A stretch of 60,057 nt of DNA, filler included, from Sphacelaria rigidula (Eukaryota): assembly GCA_964200075.2 (NCBI GenBank). It is 10 parts of 10 records of this genome, joined end to end, with 100 filler letters (N's around TTAATTAATTAA, not from the genome) between each part and the next. Parts side by side here need not be neighbours in the genome. Positions count along the whole stretch, not along the records: positions 1 to 5,916 come from CAXNAA020023508.1; positions 6,017 to 11,932 come from CAXNAA020023509.1; positions 12,033 to 17,948 come from CAXNAA020023510.1; 7 more parts are not named here. The stretch is one strand, 5' to 3'. Of this stretch, positions 1-13,064 are shown piece by piece (position 1 is the first letter of the stretch; each line of letters starts with the position of its first letter). Under the pieces are notes generated by a model. That model saw only the letters and a list, made by a program, of their open reading frames with translations, was not told where the DNA came from and did not search any database. A program made the position numbers and the translations under genes.

Positions 1-2621
1 CCGACACTACCTGGGTGGGGGGGCACTCCCACCTTAGTGCCTATCGATACATTCGCCGGTTTGAGGTTCCTTCCTGTCCTCTGGGGACAAAAAAAAAAAA
101 GAGTCCTGCCGCCACACGGGCTGTATTTTCAACCGATAGAGGCGGTGCTCCCAGCAGTCAGCACCAGCAGTGGAGCGATGCTACGACCAGAAACGGTCAT
201 TTCTACTGGTGGCGTACAAGTAGACCGTATCGGGGGAAACAGGGGAAACAGTCCCGCGCTGGATATCTGAGGCGATGTCGTCATGGAGATCGCTTAAAAC
301 CGGGTGAGGTTTCAGGTTTCCCAACTGAGGGTATTCGCGTAGGAAAAGAGGAAATACGGTGTCTCGCCCCACTTGTCTGTACCAAGTGCAGGGGCGATTT
401 TAGGCTCGGGATCTGGAATCACGCCCATGTCAGTGGGTGTAGCGGCGAAATTGCCAGCTATGGTTCCAGATGTTCGAGTGGTCACACCACTGGTTGGTGA
501 ATAGCTGGTGAAACTGGCTAACGGCAATTTTGAGCGCGTAAAGCGGAAACGTTGGCCTGTCCGAACCGCGTTACACACCAGCTGGGGACCGGTTGTACTG
601 GACCCATGTTCATATGCGGTCATACCGAGTACAGATGATGTGACAATTATGCAGAGCCCTGCGCTGGAGGCGCTGGGCATTGACGTGTACAGTAGCTGAG
701 GTGATTGTGCACATGCAAGAAACACTTCGGTGCGAGGTGTGAACACGCTTGATTGTACGGGCTGTCGGCGTGTCAGTATCGCGGTTGACGCTTTACAGCA
801 ACCAGAAGGCGGGTGGAGCCCGTCGATTTCCTCAGTCAAGCGGTTGTTGTCGAGAAGTCCGGTGATGAGCATATCCCCGGAACAAGAGCTTGCTGAGCTT
901 GATGTTGCGGCAGAGGAGGCAGTCTAAGCCGCCGCGGATAACGGCATATCGGAGAGCGACTGAGCCAGATTCGTAAGCCTGTACGGAACAAACAGATCGA
1001 TCATCTTCAGGCGAGTGCTGCGTGATGATCTGCCTGCTCGCGTCGAGCCCTTCAAGGTAAAATTCAAACCTGTTGCTGTGGAGGCAAAGGCTCGGCCGAG
1101 GGCAGACTTTCCGGTCAGGATTCAGGATGGCGTGGTTGGCACGCTGCATCGTAGCATTGGTGGCGCTCGGGCTCGTGTACTGCAGTTTGCAGTTAGTGTT
1201 GGCATAGCGGGGATTGCAACGCCCGAGAAGTCCTGTTTTCGCTGGATGAGTGCAAACAAGGCGGGGAAGGAAGTTCCCCGTCCCCACAAGGAGGTTGTGT
1301 CTGGTGCTCGCGCAGGGGAGGTATTTTATTTCACTTTTCTCATTGTTGGCGAAGGTGGTCCGCTGGGAGATAGTGGCTTGGACGAAGGAGATCGGTTCAA
1401 GTACATATTGGTAAGGATGGGTGACCCGAGCGACTTCGTGCGGTTGGAGCCCGCGGAGCCTTGTAAGGCGGCGACGGTGAAGCATCTGTTGACATGTTGC
1501 AAAGCGCTGGGGCCGCAGGAGGGATGGGTCAGCGATACGGCATCGCAATGTGAGAATTGTGCGGTGATAGTACCCGAGAAAGCGCTGATGGATCGCAGAG
1601 TCGTGGTGGCCAACTCGCGGTTGTCACATCGTGCACGTAAGCGAATGATGTGTGACATTATTCGTACCTTGACGGTCGTAATGCAGGAAGGAAGACGCGA
1701 TGCTGATGCCTGGGTGGGTTCGGTACCTGCCGTGCAGTGGGCATTGAACACCGATTTTCGGGACAGCAATGAGAGCTCTAGCTGGATCTATGATGCGAGA
1801 AGCGACTGTTCGAATGGAAATGATACTCAACGGTGTGGACGAGATTGTAACCGGAGAGCTGCTGTTTCTCAGGAGGAGCGCAGGAGAATTACAAGGAAGG
1901 CATTACCTCAGGTGCTTGATGTTGTGGTGAGCGCCGGGTTGGGTGATGCCAAGGAGCAAGTACTGGTGTAGTTGCTTGTTGATAATGCGGAAGCACATCA
2001 TGACTAGTATACCCGAGTCGTTTTGTGGACGGTTGTTGTAGGTGGTTGTGGTGTGGTTCCTGGATCTGTGTGTTGTGTTGCTTTGGCTGGCACGCATGAT
2101 ACATGGTGGTTTTTGCAAAGAAGCTGCTGAGTGAAATATTAGCATGCATGTGTGACTGATGTCCATGCTGTCTAGCGAAGAGTCAGAGCGAGGCAGTTTT
2201 CCACTCACTGCTGTGTGCTGAATGAAATAAGGCTCGTATATTCTCGTTCGCGCGCAAAAGTGGAATCATCTTTGTGCGGTTTGCAGAAACTGACTGTACA
2301 GACGTGGCCACTGGGGGCAGGCTCCAGGATCTTGCAGCAACTTGCGCAACCTAGCCGGGCAAGGTAGCTTATCCACCTTTGGTAAGGTGTGAGGTCTGGT
2401 AAGGTATGTTGCACAAGGTCCTGTAAGGTACGTTGCACAAGGTCCTGTTTTACCTTCATCAACGTCCCGTGTGCATCCTTGCACAGGGTCCCGCATTTGG
2501 ACAGATGTCAACGTCTCCCACACGTTGGAGTCAGCAATATGAATATTTCCTTGCAGTTGATTATGCCGTGTATGCTCCCCCTCTTTGAATCACATGAACC
2601 GGCCACCTCAAGGACATAACA
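1..2621 (+). mobile_element. Decayed, internally deleted Ty3/Gypsy LTR retrotransposon (protease and integrase relics plus 3' LTR)
   Basis: A degenerate aspartic-protease motif reads AILGSGSGITPMS at ~393-432 (cf. LDSGA). ORF 1015-1971 contains an rve-like core (FKYILV..DPSDFVRLEP...GPQEGWVSDTASQ...RMMCDIIRTL...W...VPAVQWALNT). Many stops and frameshifts are present, and no RT YxDD is seen. Confidence 0.75.
2047..2621 (+). repeat. Putative 3' LTR (TG...CATAACA) with internal ~24-bp tandem repeat GTAAGGTAYGTTGCACAAGGTCCT
   Basis: It follows the integrase relic and ends in ...CATAACA at 2621. Tandem units lie at ~2399-2447, with a degenerate copy near 2478-2492. The 5' boundary is uncertain. 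Confidence 0.5.
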
Positions 2622-3739
2622 CGAACAAATATACACCCAGAAAACGTGATAGACTTCGGCTCGAGAACGATCCTATGAGTAATTAATACTGCCAGCAAGT
2701 CGCAACCCGTACTAAGACCATCATCCCGTAGATGCATTCAACCGTTGAGAACCGTGGTGTATGACGTCTCTGCCATATATATAAATAATTATTTTTATAT
2801 ATGTAGTGACTATCGTGGCCATCGACCGTAAATTTCACACCCCCACCTCATCTTGATCTTCGACAGAAAAAAAAAAGGAGCGTTATAACCCCCCTCATAC
2901 ATCTTGATATCGAACAGGAAAACACAACACAATTCGCCCCCCAAGGGCTACGAAATTGAGGCAGAATCTGCGTAATACCAAAGGTGTCACTTTTCGGTCC
3001 CCTTGCCCCACCCACTACATCCCGGGCAGATGGCATGCATGAATCGAACCCGCAGTAGGGCACCATGATAACATATTTTTGCTGCTCAACCTCTACTTGA
3101 CAACCATCCATTTCGAAAATGTATCTTAAAACGGATGTTAAGATACACCACGCGCCAGGCTCGGTCCACTCCGTATGCCCCCTACGAAAAGGATTCAGCG
3201 CCACTGGTTACAGGAGAAATGTGTGCAAGAGGAGGAAAGAACCGAGGAGAAAAGACGTTGCTCGAGGTCAGGTACATTATCTACGAAACACTTCACAGAT
3301 AAAACACAGCTGAACTACCGTTACCCCACCCTATACCACTTAAGAGAAAGCCTTCACTGAGACGAGAGAACAAATCCTCTGCGCGGGACGGTGAATTATT
3401 CCCTATTAGCAACCACAAGACGGGCAATTCGGAAAACAGGTACGAGCTGGGCCAGCAATCCACATCCTGGACAATAGATTATGTTGCAAAAAGATGTACT
3501 GCGTACCGTATGGAATTCGTTATCTGCTGCAATAGGCGCAATAGCCGATACTGCGCACAGTACACTTTTTGACAGTGTATTATTTTGTCCACGATGTGCA
3601 ACAATCAAGGCGCATATTTTGGTTCAGCCATTACCCGGTGGCCAATGTTTGCAGTGATGCCCGTTCTTGCGGTTGATATTTCTTTGGACTCGTATTCTTC
3701 ACTTGTAAGATACTTGACGCGGTTTTGGCCGCTGAACAG

Positions 3740-4065
3740 AGACTATCGCCATCACACGTCTTCGACACTTTCCGATTCGCACGTCTCAGATGTTTCGAGA
3801 ACGGCCTCAGGATAAGAATACAACTGAAAAACAAGAAGCGGTGTTTGCAGCTGTTTTCACCAGAAGGCTCGGAGTCTTCTAGAACGGCCTCAGGACAAAA
3901 ATACGGCCGAAAAAAAAGCGATGTGTGCAGGAATTTTCACCAAAATATATTTGCAGACAATGCATTTTGTTTTAGCCGCATTTTCGTCCTGACGCCGTTC
4001 TCGAAACCTCCGAGCCGTGCGAATCGGGAAGATGGGATCGGCTCCTCTCGGCGGGGCGATGCGAA
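3740..4065. mobile_element. Foldback/inverted-repeat non-autonomous DNA element relic
   Basis: TTCCGATTCGCACG...TTTCGAGAACGGCCTCAGGA (~3771-3813) pairs with TCCTGACGCCGTTCTCGAAA...CGTGCGAATCGGGAA (~3987-4030). An internal direct duplication AGAACGGCCTCAGGA is at ~3881. Confidence 0.55.
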
Positions 4066-4759
4066 ATGTTCAAGAAATGTGATGGTGATGGTCTCTGTTT
4101 TGCGGGCAAAAACCGTGTGAAATGTGTCTGGGGTAGAAAACATGAGCCCAAAAAAATCAAACCGTAGAAAACGGCAATATGAGGTGAAATTTTATCACGA
4201 TGTTATTTTCATCAATAGGCAGAGATTCAGGGGAGCAGCAACGGGAAAATGAAAAAAAAAATCATGAACTTTACTCAGACGATTAAAGCACATTTGTCTC
4301 ACTCCCTCACCACCTGCCGTGCGACCGTAGCATATACAACTTGGACACAAGCCTGGCACAGGCCGTGAAAAGTGTGAACTGACTGCGTTGGCCAGTTAAG
4401 TTTAAGGTGACCGCGCCAGCGGCCAGAACATCGATGTTTTTCCAATAAATCGGCTAATCAACCGAAAAAACAAAGGCGGCGAGCGGCGAAGCTACGAGCC
4501 GCAAACCCCCCCCCCCCGGCTAGAGGGGAACACCGCCGGCGAGAAAATTTGCGTTATTTGGCTTGTTTTCCCTTCATAAATCTTGAAAATTGTAGAAAAT
4601 GTGATCCCTCACATTAAGGAGCTAGAACTCTTACAGATGACATTCAAATCGCATTCAAAGCGGTAAGCGATTAAAAAATTATTCATCTGTGATATACAGC
4701 AGCAGACTCTCCGTGAGGAGAGGATGTAAACAAGCAAAGCCTGGCAGCACGCAGGGATA

Positions 4760-5328
4760 AGGTATGCTCAATAGAAAAATATATGGGCCTCAATTTTTTC
4801 TTTGGGGGGGGGGAGGGAAAGGTTAGGGCATTCTCGTAAAAAAAGGATGTAAAAATACTGAAACGCCTTAAACCAGTGAAATAAAGACGACAAAAAAACG
4901 GACCCACTTCTTTTGATTCATTGTGCCCTAGCGAGGTCCCCAGCCGAAACTTCAATACACAAACACCAAACGTGGGCGCGTAAGTGGCCTGCGAAATACT
5001 GTTTCGACCTTTCACCGACACGGGTTTTAAACGGCCCATTTACCGCATTTTACCGGTAAATGGGCCGTTTAGTGACGACGGGGTCAGAAGAAATTCGGAT
5101 CAGTATTTTGCAGGTCACTTTCCGGCCCACGTTTGGTGTTTGTGTATTGAGACTGCGTGGGCCGTGGCTAGGGCATAATTGACGAAACAAAGTGGGTCCG
5201 GTTACTTATTTTTTTCCCACTGGGTTAGGGCGTTTTAGTATGGAAACCACCACTTTCGTACGAGAACGCCCAAACCTTTCTTCCCCCCCAAAAAAATGAG
5301 GGCCCCTATTTGTTCACTCAGCATACCT
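4760..5328. mobile_element. ~570-bp foldback MITE (TIR AGGTATGCT...AGCATACCT)
   Basis: The arms are reverse complements along their length, e.g. CAATACACAAACACCAAACGTGGGC vs GCCCACGTTTGGTGTTTGTGTATTG. The centre is TAAACGGCCCATTTACC / GGTAAATGGGCCGTTTA. Confidence 0.8.
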
Positions 5329-5857
5329 CTGTGGTTCTTTGTCCTGAGTTTCCACAATAATTAAATTTGAGCTAAAGAATTGAGATAGCGCCCAAAAGCA
5401 GTGTTTGTCTTTCCTAAAAACTGCCCCGAACACCCGAAATTTTTTTTAAAATGATTTCGTGAAAAAAAAGCTATATATTTAAGCTTTTTTATGCACTAGC
5501 GGTTCTCCATACGAAATTTCATAGCATACCTCTCGAAAACTGAGACGGGATATCCAGTTTTAGTTAATCTAGTAGTGCATCTGCTCGTAATATAATGATT
5601 TTAGTATGGAAAGTTATGTGCGCCATATCTCCATATGGAGAACGAACTAGGTGAAGGTGAGGGTATCTAAATGTTCACACCAAAATTCGTCGCCATCCGC
5701 TGAATGCATCGATCGGGGGTTCTGTAGAGACTTTAGTATGGACGCTATCTCCGTTAGGTATAGGAATTACTAGACATGGACTTTGAACAACGAGAAAATT
5801 TGGGCCCCAACTTTTGAGCAGATGGGCACCTTCCCCGTGGTTAAACGATTAATACAA

Positions 5858-5916
5858 GGGCAATGGCCTAGAAAAGGTATACCTTCTCGTTTTTTGCCTA
5901 AGAATGGTACGAAAAA
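5858..5916 (+). mobile_element. Left TIR fragment of the Mutator-like family seen at 36832-38138
   Basis: GGGCAATGGCCTAGAAAAGGTATACCTTCTCGTTTTTTGCC matches GGGCAATAGCCTAGATAAGGTAGACCTTCTCGTTTTTGCC. Confidence 0.75.
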
Positions 5917-6016
5917 NNNNNNNNNNNNNNNNNNNNNNNNNNNNNNNNNNNNNNNNNNNNTTAATTAATTAANNNNNNNNNNNNNNNNNNNNNNNNNNNN
6001 NNNNNNNNNNNNNNNN
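5917..6016. other. Artificial contig linker (N44-TTAATTAATTAA-N44); also at 11933-12032, 17949-18048, 23965-24064, 29981-30080, 35997-36096, 42013-42112, 48028-48127, 54043-54142
   Basis: The identical 100-nt spacer has stops in all six frames and separates contigs of 5,916/5,915 bp. Confidence 0.99.
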
Positions 6017-6303
6017 CTGTTTTGCAGGGGGGGGAGGTGGTTGGTCTTACGCCTCCGGCAGTCAAATACATAACCACCCCCCCCCCCCCCCCCCCCCCCC
6101 CTTTTGTTTCTGCTGCCCGGCTGTGGACCGCGGAACCCATTTATCTACTCGCTTAAATTACTCGCCTCGCGTACAGGTAGCTCTGAGCTGTCCGCACTCT
6201 GCGGAATATATTGCACTCAACAGCCCCTTTTTGTCCGTATTGTCTATGCTTCCCCTGCTGGTGCTCTGTTTCCCTGTCGCCGCGCTGTCGCGACCTCGGA
6301 TAG

Positions 6304-6390
6304 GATTAACCCCGAGATCGTAGGCAACAAAGGCACTTGTATTGTGTTCAGACGCGGGGTCATCTATGCCATGACTAGCTTATATGGGCA
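6304..6390 (+). CDS. Candidate internal exon of an uncharacterised gene (INPEIVGNKGTCIVFRRGVIYAMTSLYGQ)
   Basis: Pyrimidine-rich sequence and TAG acceptor precede it, a CAG|GTGGGT donor follows, and the frame is open. Linkage to the 7807 exon is unproven. Confidence 0.35.
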
Positions 6391-7806
6391 GGTGGGTGGA
6401 ACAGTCGATGGAGACACAAGTCAGCGTTATCGTCGGCAGTAAGAGGATGTTGATTTTCACATGGATACGTTCCGATGAAAATCGACGTGTTTCTTTCGGT
6501 GTTCATGGTGAGGCGGGCCATATGTTTGCGCGGAATCGGAATCGGAATGGACATTGAAGAAGATAGTGAATCTAGGATGGTTCTTGTCAGGAATATATCT
6601 TTTGCGCAGCACCCAGGATATCGTTATGAGGGCAAATATCTTGAGTTAGCCGAAAACAGGGGTACTACGGAGGGATGTACACATATGATCTTCCCGTCGC
6701 TGCACGGTCGTGGGAAATGGCACCCTCTGTACGAAACTTCCCCCTATACCCTCTAAATTCTGTCTAACATGTATCCCAATTCAACTTTGCATACATTTTC
6801 CTGCCGCTATGTCTTGTTTTCTCTTGGTGAGAAGAAATTCGCGTGGGAATGGGAAGGAGATCTCCACCGGTTGTTTTGCGATCGAAGTTACCCGCGAGTG
6901 CTCGTGGAAAGGAGAGACCCAATGACTCTTGGGATGAACGGAGCAGAGGTTCTAAGAGAGTGTAAGGTGAGACAAACGAGACGCGGCACCCGTCGTGGGC
7001 GGAAAAATTCTGATGCGACCAAGATTTAGCGCTGATTGAGTCGAGACCAAGGTGTACTAGTAGAGTTTGTCTTGAAGATTTCGAACTGATGTCCCTACAT
7101 GGTCATCAGGACTCCTCTTTGCCGGGTTTTGGCACGTGGTGAAACTCGATGCGGCGTCTTGAAAACACATGTGACAATAGTCTTGGATCCAAAAATCACT
7201 GATACAGCAATGAAAGCTGTCGTGAAGAGTCTCAATCTACAGCCATACATGACCAGAACCCCCTTTCGTCAAATTATAGGTACACGGGGAAATCCGATGC
7301 GGCGGGTTCAGAAAGCGACAACATACATCTTGAATACAAAAGGTACTGATATACCGTGTTCGGTTCGTTCGAACTCAACGTCTTTGCAGTGATCAGTGAT
7401 CTGTCAACGCGAAGTCAAAACCGAAATAGCTAGATGTCCACAGCGGTGTACAGCGTTTTGGGGAATTCAGAGCTATTTATACAAACTGCAGGCATATGAA
7501 CAGACGGCTGTTGGTGTGTTCGACGATGAGCTGAGATGTGTCATCGGATATTCGACGGTGGTTTTTCGATTCATGCAACATTACGACTAATGTTTTCTTA
7601 TAGGCTAACCATCCTCAACATCGGAGACATTCTGCCGGTCGGCTTTCAAACGAAGAGCTGTTTCGAGTATCCTTGTATCGCCGCCGAAAAATACTCGCCA
7701 GCTCTCCAGTCATAAGGATACGATGGCTGTTTGGCTACAGTAAGTCTGCTTCCCGCCACCAGCACATTTTCAGTTATTCTTGATGCTTTTTGCCTCTCGT
7801 TCTCAG

Positions 7807-8775
7807 GAGAAGACGCGTCACGTGCTCGACTACTCGGGTTACCTTGATTTTGCGACCGCCGTGCACGAACACGTCATCGGCTTACGATACTGGCGCCCAA
7901 AACCGAAAACACACACGACAGCGGCTTGCCCTAACCCCAACGAGCATAGCGCAAATGCGGCATACTTTACTCGTAGTCCCTGTCAGGTCGGAAGCGAGAC
8001 AGGACCCGGGGACGGGACGGGCACTCCGGATCTGAAAGAGAAGATCATGAGCACCGGGTGTACGGGACAGCGCCCTGATGATGAGATCATTGCTGGTCTC
8101 AATATTACGAGGCAAGGCTCACTGGAGGGTCTCGATTCCATTGGGGATGATCCGGAGGATAGAAACAAGAGCGCCCCAGGGTGTGTAGTACGTGTAGCAG
8201 CGGCATTGCCAAAACTAGACGGATCTGCAAAGGAAGAGTCAAGCCTACGGCGGCGGAGGCCACGCCTTACCTCAGAGGATCACAAAACGTCGCCCGAAAG
8301 CACGAGCGGAGACACCAGCGCAGACGGTATTTCGCCTGCAGCGAGTAAAGATTACGTGGGCCCGAATGGCAGCACTAGCTGTGGTGGTAAACAGCATGAG
8401 GGACGCAACGAGCGACTGCCCAGTGCCTCGGCTGGTGGGTGTTATGATTCCAAATGTTATCAACTAGATGCAACGCCGTGGATAAGCTGGGACTCCGTCG
8501 ATCCTGGGGAGACTATGGCACAAAATAATGCCCTGATCAATCTCAGTGGTGACATGAATAAGTCGACCGCTGGGGCAGACAGCGTCAGTGTTGGTGTGGC
8601 GCATGAACTCGTGAAGGATGTAGACACGGGTAAAAAGGGTAAAGGGGGACATGAGGAGCCGGCGATAAATCGCACGTACGGGACAAGAGAAGATGGCCTG
8701 GAGAAATATTCCATAAATAGAATGTTCGCCTTCCAAACCGATCGTGTTGTCCGAGTGCTGAATGACCTGTTTTGA
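7807..8775 (+). CDS. Terminal exon of an uncharacterised protein
   Basis: The acceptor TTTTGCCTCTCGTTCTCAG| is in frame with a ~320-codon ORF. Ordered-looking ends (EKTRHVLDYSGYLDFATAVHEHVIGLRYW; YSINRMFAFQTDRVVRVLNDLF) flank a long low-complexity insert. Confidence 0.65.
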   Translation, partial: EKTRHVLDYSGYLDFATAVHEHVIGLRYWRPKPKTHTTAACPNPNEHSANAAYFTRSPCQVGSETGPGDGTGTPDLKEKIMSTGCTGQRPDDEIIAGLNITRQGSLEGLDSIGDDPEDRNKSAPGCVVRVAAALPKLDGSAKEESSLRRRRPRLTSEDHKTSPESTSGDTSADGISPAASKDYVGPNGSTSCGGKQHEGRNERLPSASAGGCYDSKCYQLDATPWISWDSVDPGETMAQNNALINLSGDMNKSTAGADSVSVGVAHELVKDVDTGKKGKGGHEEPAINRTYGTREDGLEKYSINRMFAFQTDRVVRVLNDLF

Positions 8776-10116
8776 GGCTTGAACTCGACCCCTTGTGCTC
8801 TGACAAGAGCGAGCGGTTCTGTTAAACAAGGGTGATTGTTTTCAGCAGGAAGCGGATTTCCGTGATTTCCACGTGAAGCGGTGGAATCATTAAAGCCCGC
8901 ACGATACTCGTCGCAAGCGCCCACACTCATCGTTTGCGGGGTCGTGCTTTATTGGAAGCGAATCATCCACCGCGGAAACATGCGCCTCCCCGTACAAGTT
9001 TCTATTCCCGGTCTAGCAGATTTCCATTTGTCTGCATTTTTTTGCATGGTGACGCGCATATCTCGGCGATGAGTGGTCCGCTCGTGATAGTGCAACGACG
9101 ACTCAAAATGTGACGGCGGGTGCTTGAAACAAGACTGAAGCGAGACTTGGGGGGAAATTTTCATGATTCGACCGCTACTTACGTGGAAACTCAGGAAAAT
9201 TGTACCATCCTGGTCAACCCTTCAGAATCTGAGGCTCACAGAGGAACAGAACGGGGGTTTTGTTAGTGGAAAATGGCACGAGACGCAGATTATATTCAGC
9301 ACAAGAGATTTTAGTCCGATCTGTCAACAGCGCGTTACGGTGTATTCCTCTATAGGAGTACGGAAGTTGTCGAAGGCGGGGTGAATCCAGCTTCTCCTGC
9401 TGATGGCCGCCGTAGTTGTCCTGATACCGAGGGTAGTCCAGGCACGGCACACATTTTTTCGAGTTTCTTTGGGCAAGAAGAGATTCAAACAAGTTGTACC
9501 CACCATGCGCGTCCGGCTTCGTGGTATCGTGCTCTTTGTGGATGGCATGTTGCTGTCTAGGGTCGCGAGACGCGATAACTACGGAGAAGACGGGTCCTTC
9601 CGGGCTCGTCCGTCCCACGTCACTGTCGAAACGGTGCTCACCGTGATACACATGTCTCTCGGCCATGTGTAAATGTTTTGAACTCAATCTCCGGAACGCA
9701 ACGTACAATTTCAGCTTTTATCCATGTACCTCTCTGTGCCCGAACCTGTCACCGACAGACGTTGCTCCAACCGCGATGCCAAGACAGCAGCGTCGTGTGT
9801 TAATGGAACTGAGTCATAAGTAATCATGGACCAACAAAAGGCCTACCTGCCCGACATGTACCAACCGAACATGTGTCGCCGGTATCACATGTACGGTATT
9901 TGCTGGTGACCTGTACAAGCTGACGGCAAACAGCCTAGCATTGCCGCCGACAACGCTGCCACCACCGGCTGGTCGAGGCACGTGAGAGCAGAGAATAGCG
10001 TCACGAATGTGTCAGTCGGTCGCCGTGTGCTGGCGATTTTCCCTATCTTCCTCGCTGCTCGCCGGAGATCGTTTCGTATTTTACTATACTAAAACCAGTC
10101 ATTTTGCCCCTGAAGA

Positions 10117-10247
10117 CCTGGTGGAGTGCTCGCAACCGTGTACAAGCACGCGACATAGTGTAATAGTATCGGTGAGCAGGGGGCCTGGTGGAGTGCTCAC
10201 AAGTATAAGCACGCGACATAGTGTAACGGTATCGGTGAGCAGGGGCA
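10117..10247. repeat. Tandem duplication of a ~65-bp unit
   Basis: CCTGGTGGAGTGCTC...AAGCACGCGACATAGTGTAA..GTATCGGTGAGCAGGGG occurs twice head to tail. Confidence 0.85.
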
Positions 10248-11284
10248 CCTTTCTCTAATACCCTGATGATTCTTGATCACTAGCCGTTTGGTTGGCCGAC
10301 CTTCTGCCGATGTGATTGGTTAAGCACCGACTGAAAAGAAAACGAGTCTCAACACACCATGTTTTGGCCCCTAGTTATGGGACTTCAAGGTGTCAAAAAG
10401 GGCCTACCCCCTCCTGCGAAAATCGAACTTCAGATCATTTACTTCGAAGTAGTAAATAAGGAAACTGAAGACGGGGAACGGCGGGTAATGGTGCTGAGCG
10501 ATATATAGCCAGCGAAGAGAGAGAAAATTGTTAAATTTGAATAAGACATAGAGTACAGGGGCACACATCGGCCAAGATGAAAGAGTAGCTTGTAGAGGTA
10601 TGTGGCGCTATGTGTGTCGCGGAAGCGTTGCCTACACGATGTGTCCTGGATCGCATTAGATGGTTCAGTGGCCGTTCGTAAACCATGCCTTTTCCCACTG
10701 AACTTTATTCTCAGAGTACAAAGTCTGCACCGTACGTATCCTCTGAGAAGTGAGAACGCTACAATTACCGCGTTGTATACGCCGCGTGTTTAGTCTCATG
10801 TCCACGATTTAGAAAGCCTCTTGAGATCTTGCGTGGGCTCTTGCATTAGCGACACGAAAGAGCAGGGCGATTCTTGGCCCGGCACAAACCACGTCAGTCG
10901 GCTCTCACATAGGCCTCGGCGTGACAACAATGGGGGGCTGAAAAATGTACAATCCGCGCGTCCTGCTTCGGTATATTCTCGAACCATTCGTAGTTTGCTG
11001 TTCATCGTTAATTGTGTGTCGTTTGTTTGTTGGTCACTTTTCGTACTTGGTCACTTGCAGCTTCGCCAAAACGGAACGTTACGGAGACCTTAGCAAATTA
11101 TTGAATGCTTAATTTTGCTTCAACCACTGTTCTACGCCTAGTTACGAGGCACTGAAGGAGCTACGGGAAAGCATGTTTTGCCCCGAGCCGACACGCAGGC
11201 ATTGTAGATTATTTGCGCCCCTCCCCCCCCCCACCACCACCAAACATCCTGTCGTACCACATCTTCATTCACGACACTTTGGGG

Positions 11285-11865
11285 ACACATCATCTTGTGG
11301 ACTAGCAATCTTGTTCAGCAGCTTTACATATCTCCGTTACGATACCGTGCTTACCCTTGCGTGCGTCCACGGCTATCGCCTTGGGGAAATCGACACGAGA
11401 CTTTGATTGCAGCGGCGACCAAATGGGGGCTTCTGTCCGCAAACCTTGCGCACATGGTCGAGACTATCACCCAGGAGCTTCGCGAACACATCATCTTCTG
11501 GATCAGCATGTGTTTTCCTTGACAGCTCTACCTACACTTCCAATACGACGCCGTCTTTGTCCTCACGCACTACGCTTATCGCCCCTTAAAAAATCGAAAC
11601 GAGACACGAGTGGCAGCGAGAACCAAACAGCGCCCGCCCCCCCCGTCCCCCTTTTCTCAGGTGCTGGGCACTTGTCCAATACTTTTGCCACAGAATTTTG
11701 TGAAAAAGTCTTCTTCTGGATCAGCGAAGAAAGCTACCTTTCGATAGCTCTACAATATACGTACTTTTGCAACGGTTTCGTACTTGCCCTTGCGTGCCAC
11801 GGCTATCGATCGCCTTGCGGAAGATCGAAGTGAGACATTGATCACAGTGGCCACAAATGGGGGGT

Positions 11866-11866
<1 letters not shown>
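11285..11866. repeat. Degenerate ~200-220-bp tandem repeat (about three units)
   Basis: CATCTT(G/C)TGGA..AGC recurs at ~11291, ~11492 and ~11710. CCCTTGCGTGC..CACGGCTATCG...CAAATGGGGG recurs at ~11355 and ~11787. Confidence 0.6.
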
Positions 11867-11932
<66 letters not shown>

Positions 11933-12434
11933 NNNNNNNNNNNNNNNNNNNNNNNNNNNNNNNNNNNNNNNNNNNNTTAATTAATTAANNNNNNNNNNNN
12001 NNNNNNNNNNNNNNNNNNNNNNNNNNNNNNNNGCTCTATTTCATGTCTATGTCCGGGCTGTGTTGTGGTGGGATAAATAAATTGTGTTCCCGGGGGGAAA
12101 CCGTTGGATTGTTCAATTTCCATCCTGTCGTGTATGTCGGCCCGGAACGTTTTCTAGTGGCGGTCCCCGTTATATGTACGGTGGCAGCCTGTACATTTGT
12201 CTAGATTTTGGTGGCTTTGTTTTACAGCGCCGTTGCCACCCGACGCCAACCCAAGAGTCTGGAGGTAGGGGGAGCACTGGGGGGGGGGGGGGCTTTGGGA
12301 TGAGCATGCCCACAGTGAACTTCAACGGGCGCTGATGGGGCGTTGAACCAGAAAAAAAGATTCACCACAAGGGTGGGGTGAAGGCGGCGAGCAGAGGGGC
12401 GGAGGAGCTTACACGGGACAACATAGTTGTATAG

Positions 12435-13064
12435 TTGTCAAGCCACACGTATGTCGATACATCCGGGATTGTGCGAACCCTCAGATGCGCGTGCAAGCCG
12501 GAAAGGGCGGCGCGAAGACGCCACCGGTGCCGAGATTGCAGATGTTTGGGGAATTGTACGCTGAGCTGCGGTTGCCAGGGCCGCTGCTTTTTGCCGCCAC
12601 CCCTGACCCAGCGGCCGGCGCTACTGCTACAGGTGATTCCGCCGGCGGAAATGTCGATACGTCCCGCCGAGGTCGTAAGGGGAGGGGCGGATCCACGGCG
12701 AACCGTGGAAGGGGTGGGTCAGCGGCGTTGCGTGGCGGGGGGCAGGCGAATGGAGCGAGGAAGGCCCCGGGGGGTAGGTGTTGATAGTAGTCGTGATGAG
12801 GAGTGCTGCCAACGAGATGGCGAGAGGATGGCGAGTGTAGCGGGAGGGAAATCGGATCCGGGACCAGATCCTACCGGTCGCGGTTGTTGCGACGGCGGTG
12901 TAGATGGTCCGCCAGAGGGCGGATCGAAGCGTTTAGGCGGGATTTGGCTCGGAAATTCAGACTCCGAGTGTAGCGACTCAGAGGAAGAGGATTCGGCATC
13001 GGAAGCGGGCAAAGACGACGACGACGCATTCGCGTTTAAATTGTACTTATATCGAAATTCGTAA
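12435..13064 (+). pseudogene. Cys-cluster (CXC-like) plus acidic-tail ORF, probably a decayed transposon or host fragment
   Basis: It reads CACKPE..CRDCRCLGNCTLSCGCQGRC followed by the acidic NSDSECSDSEEEDSASEAGKDDDD. The upstream frame is broken by stops. Confidence 0.35.

Noticed and set aside
2399..2492. CRISPR-like short direct repeats (also 10117-10247, 54740-55105)
   Set aside because: These are head-to-tail tandem units without unique spacers, with no cas genes and in a eukaryotic context.
5917..6016. Regularly spaced TTAATTAATTAA palindrome every ~6 kb
   Set aside because: It is an artificial six-frame-stop linker embedded in Ns.
7604..7739. Exon with good splice signals, weakly FYRN-like
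   Set aside because: The FYRN-like frame has an internal stop, and the open frame is out of phase with the next exon.
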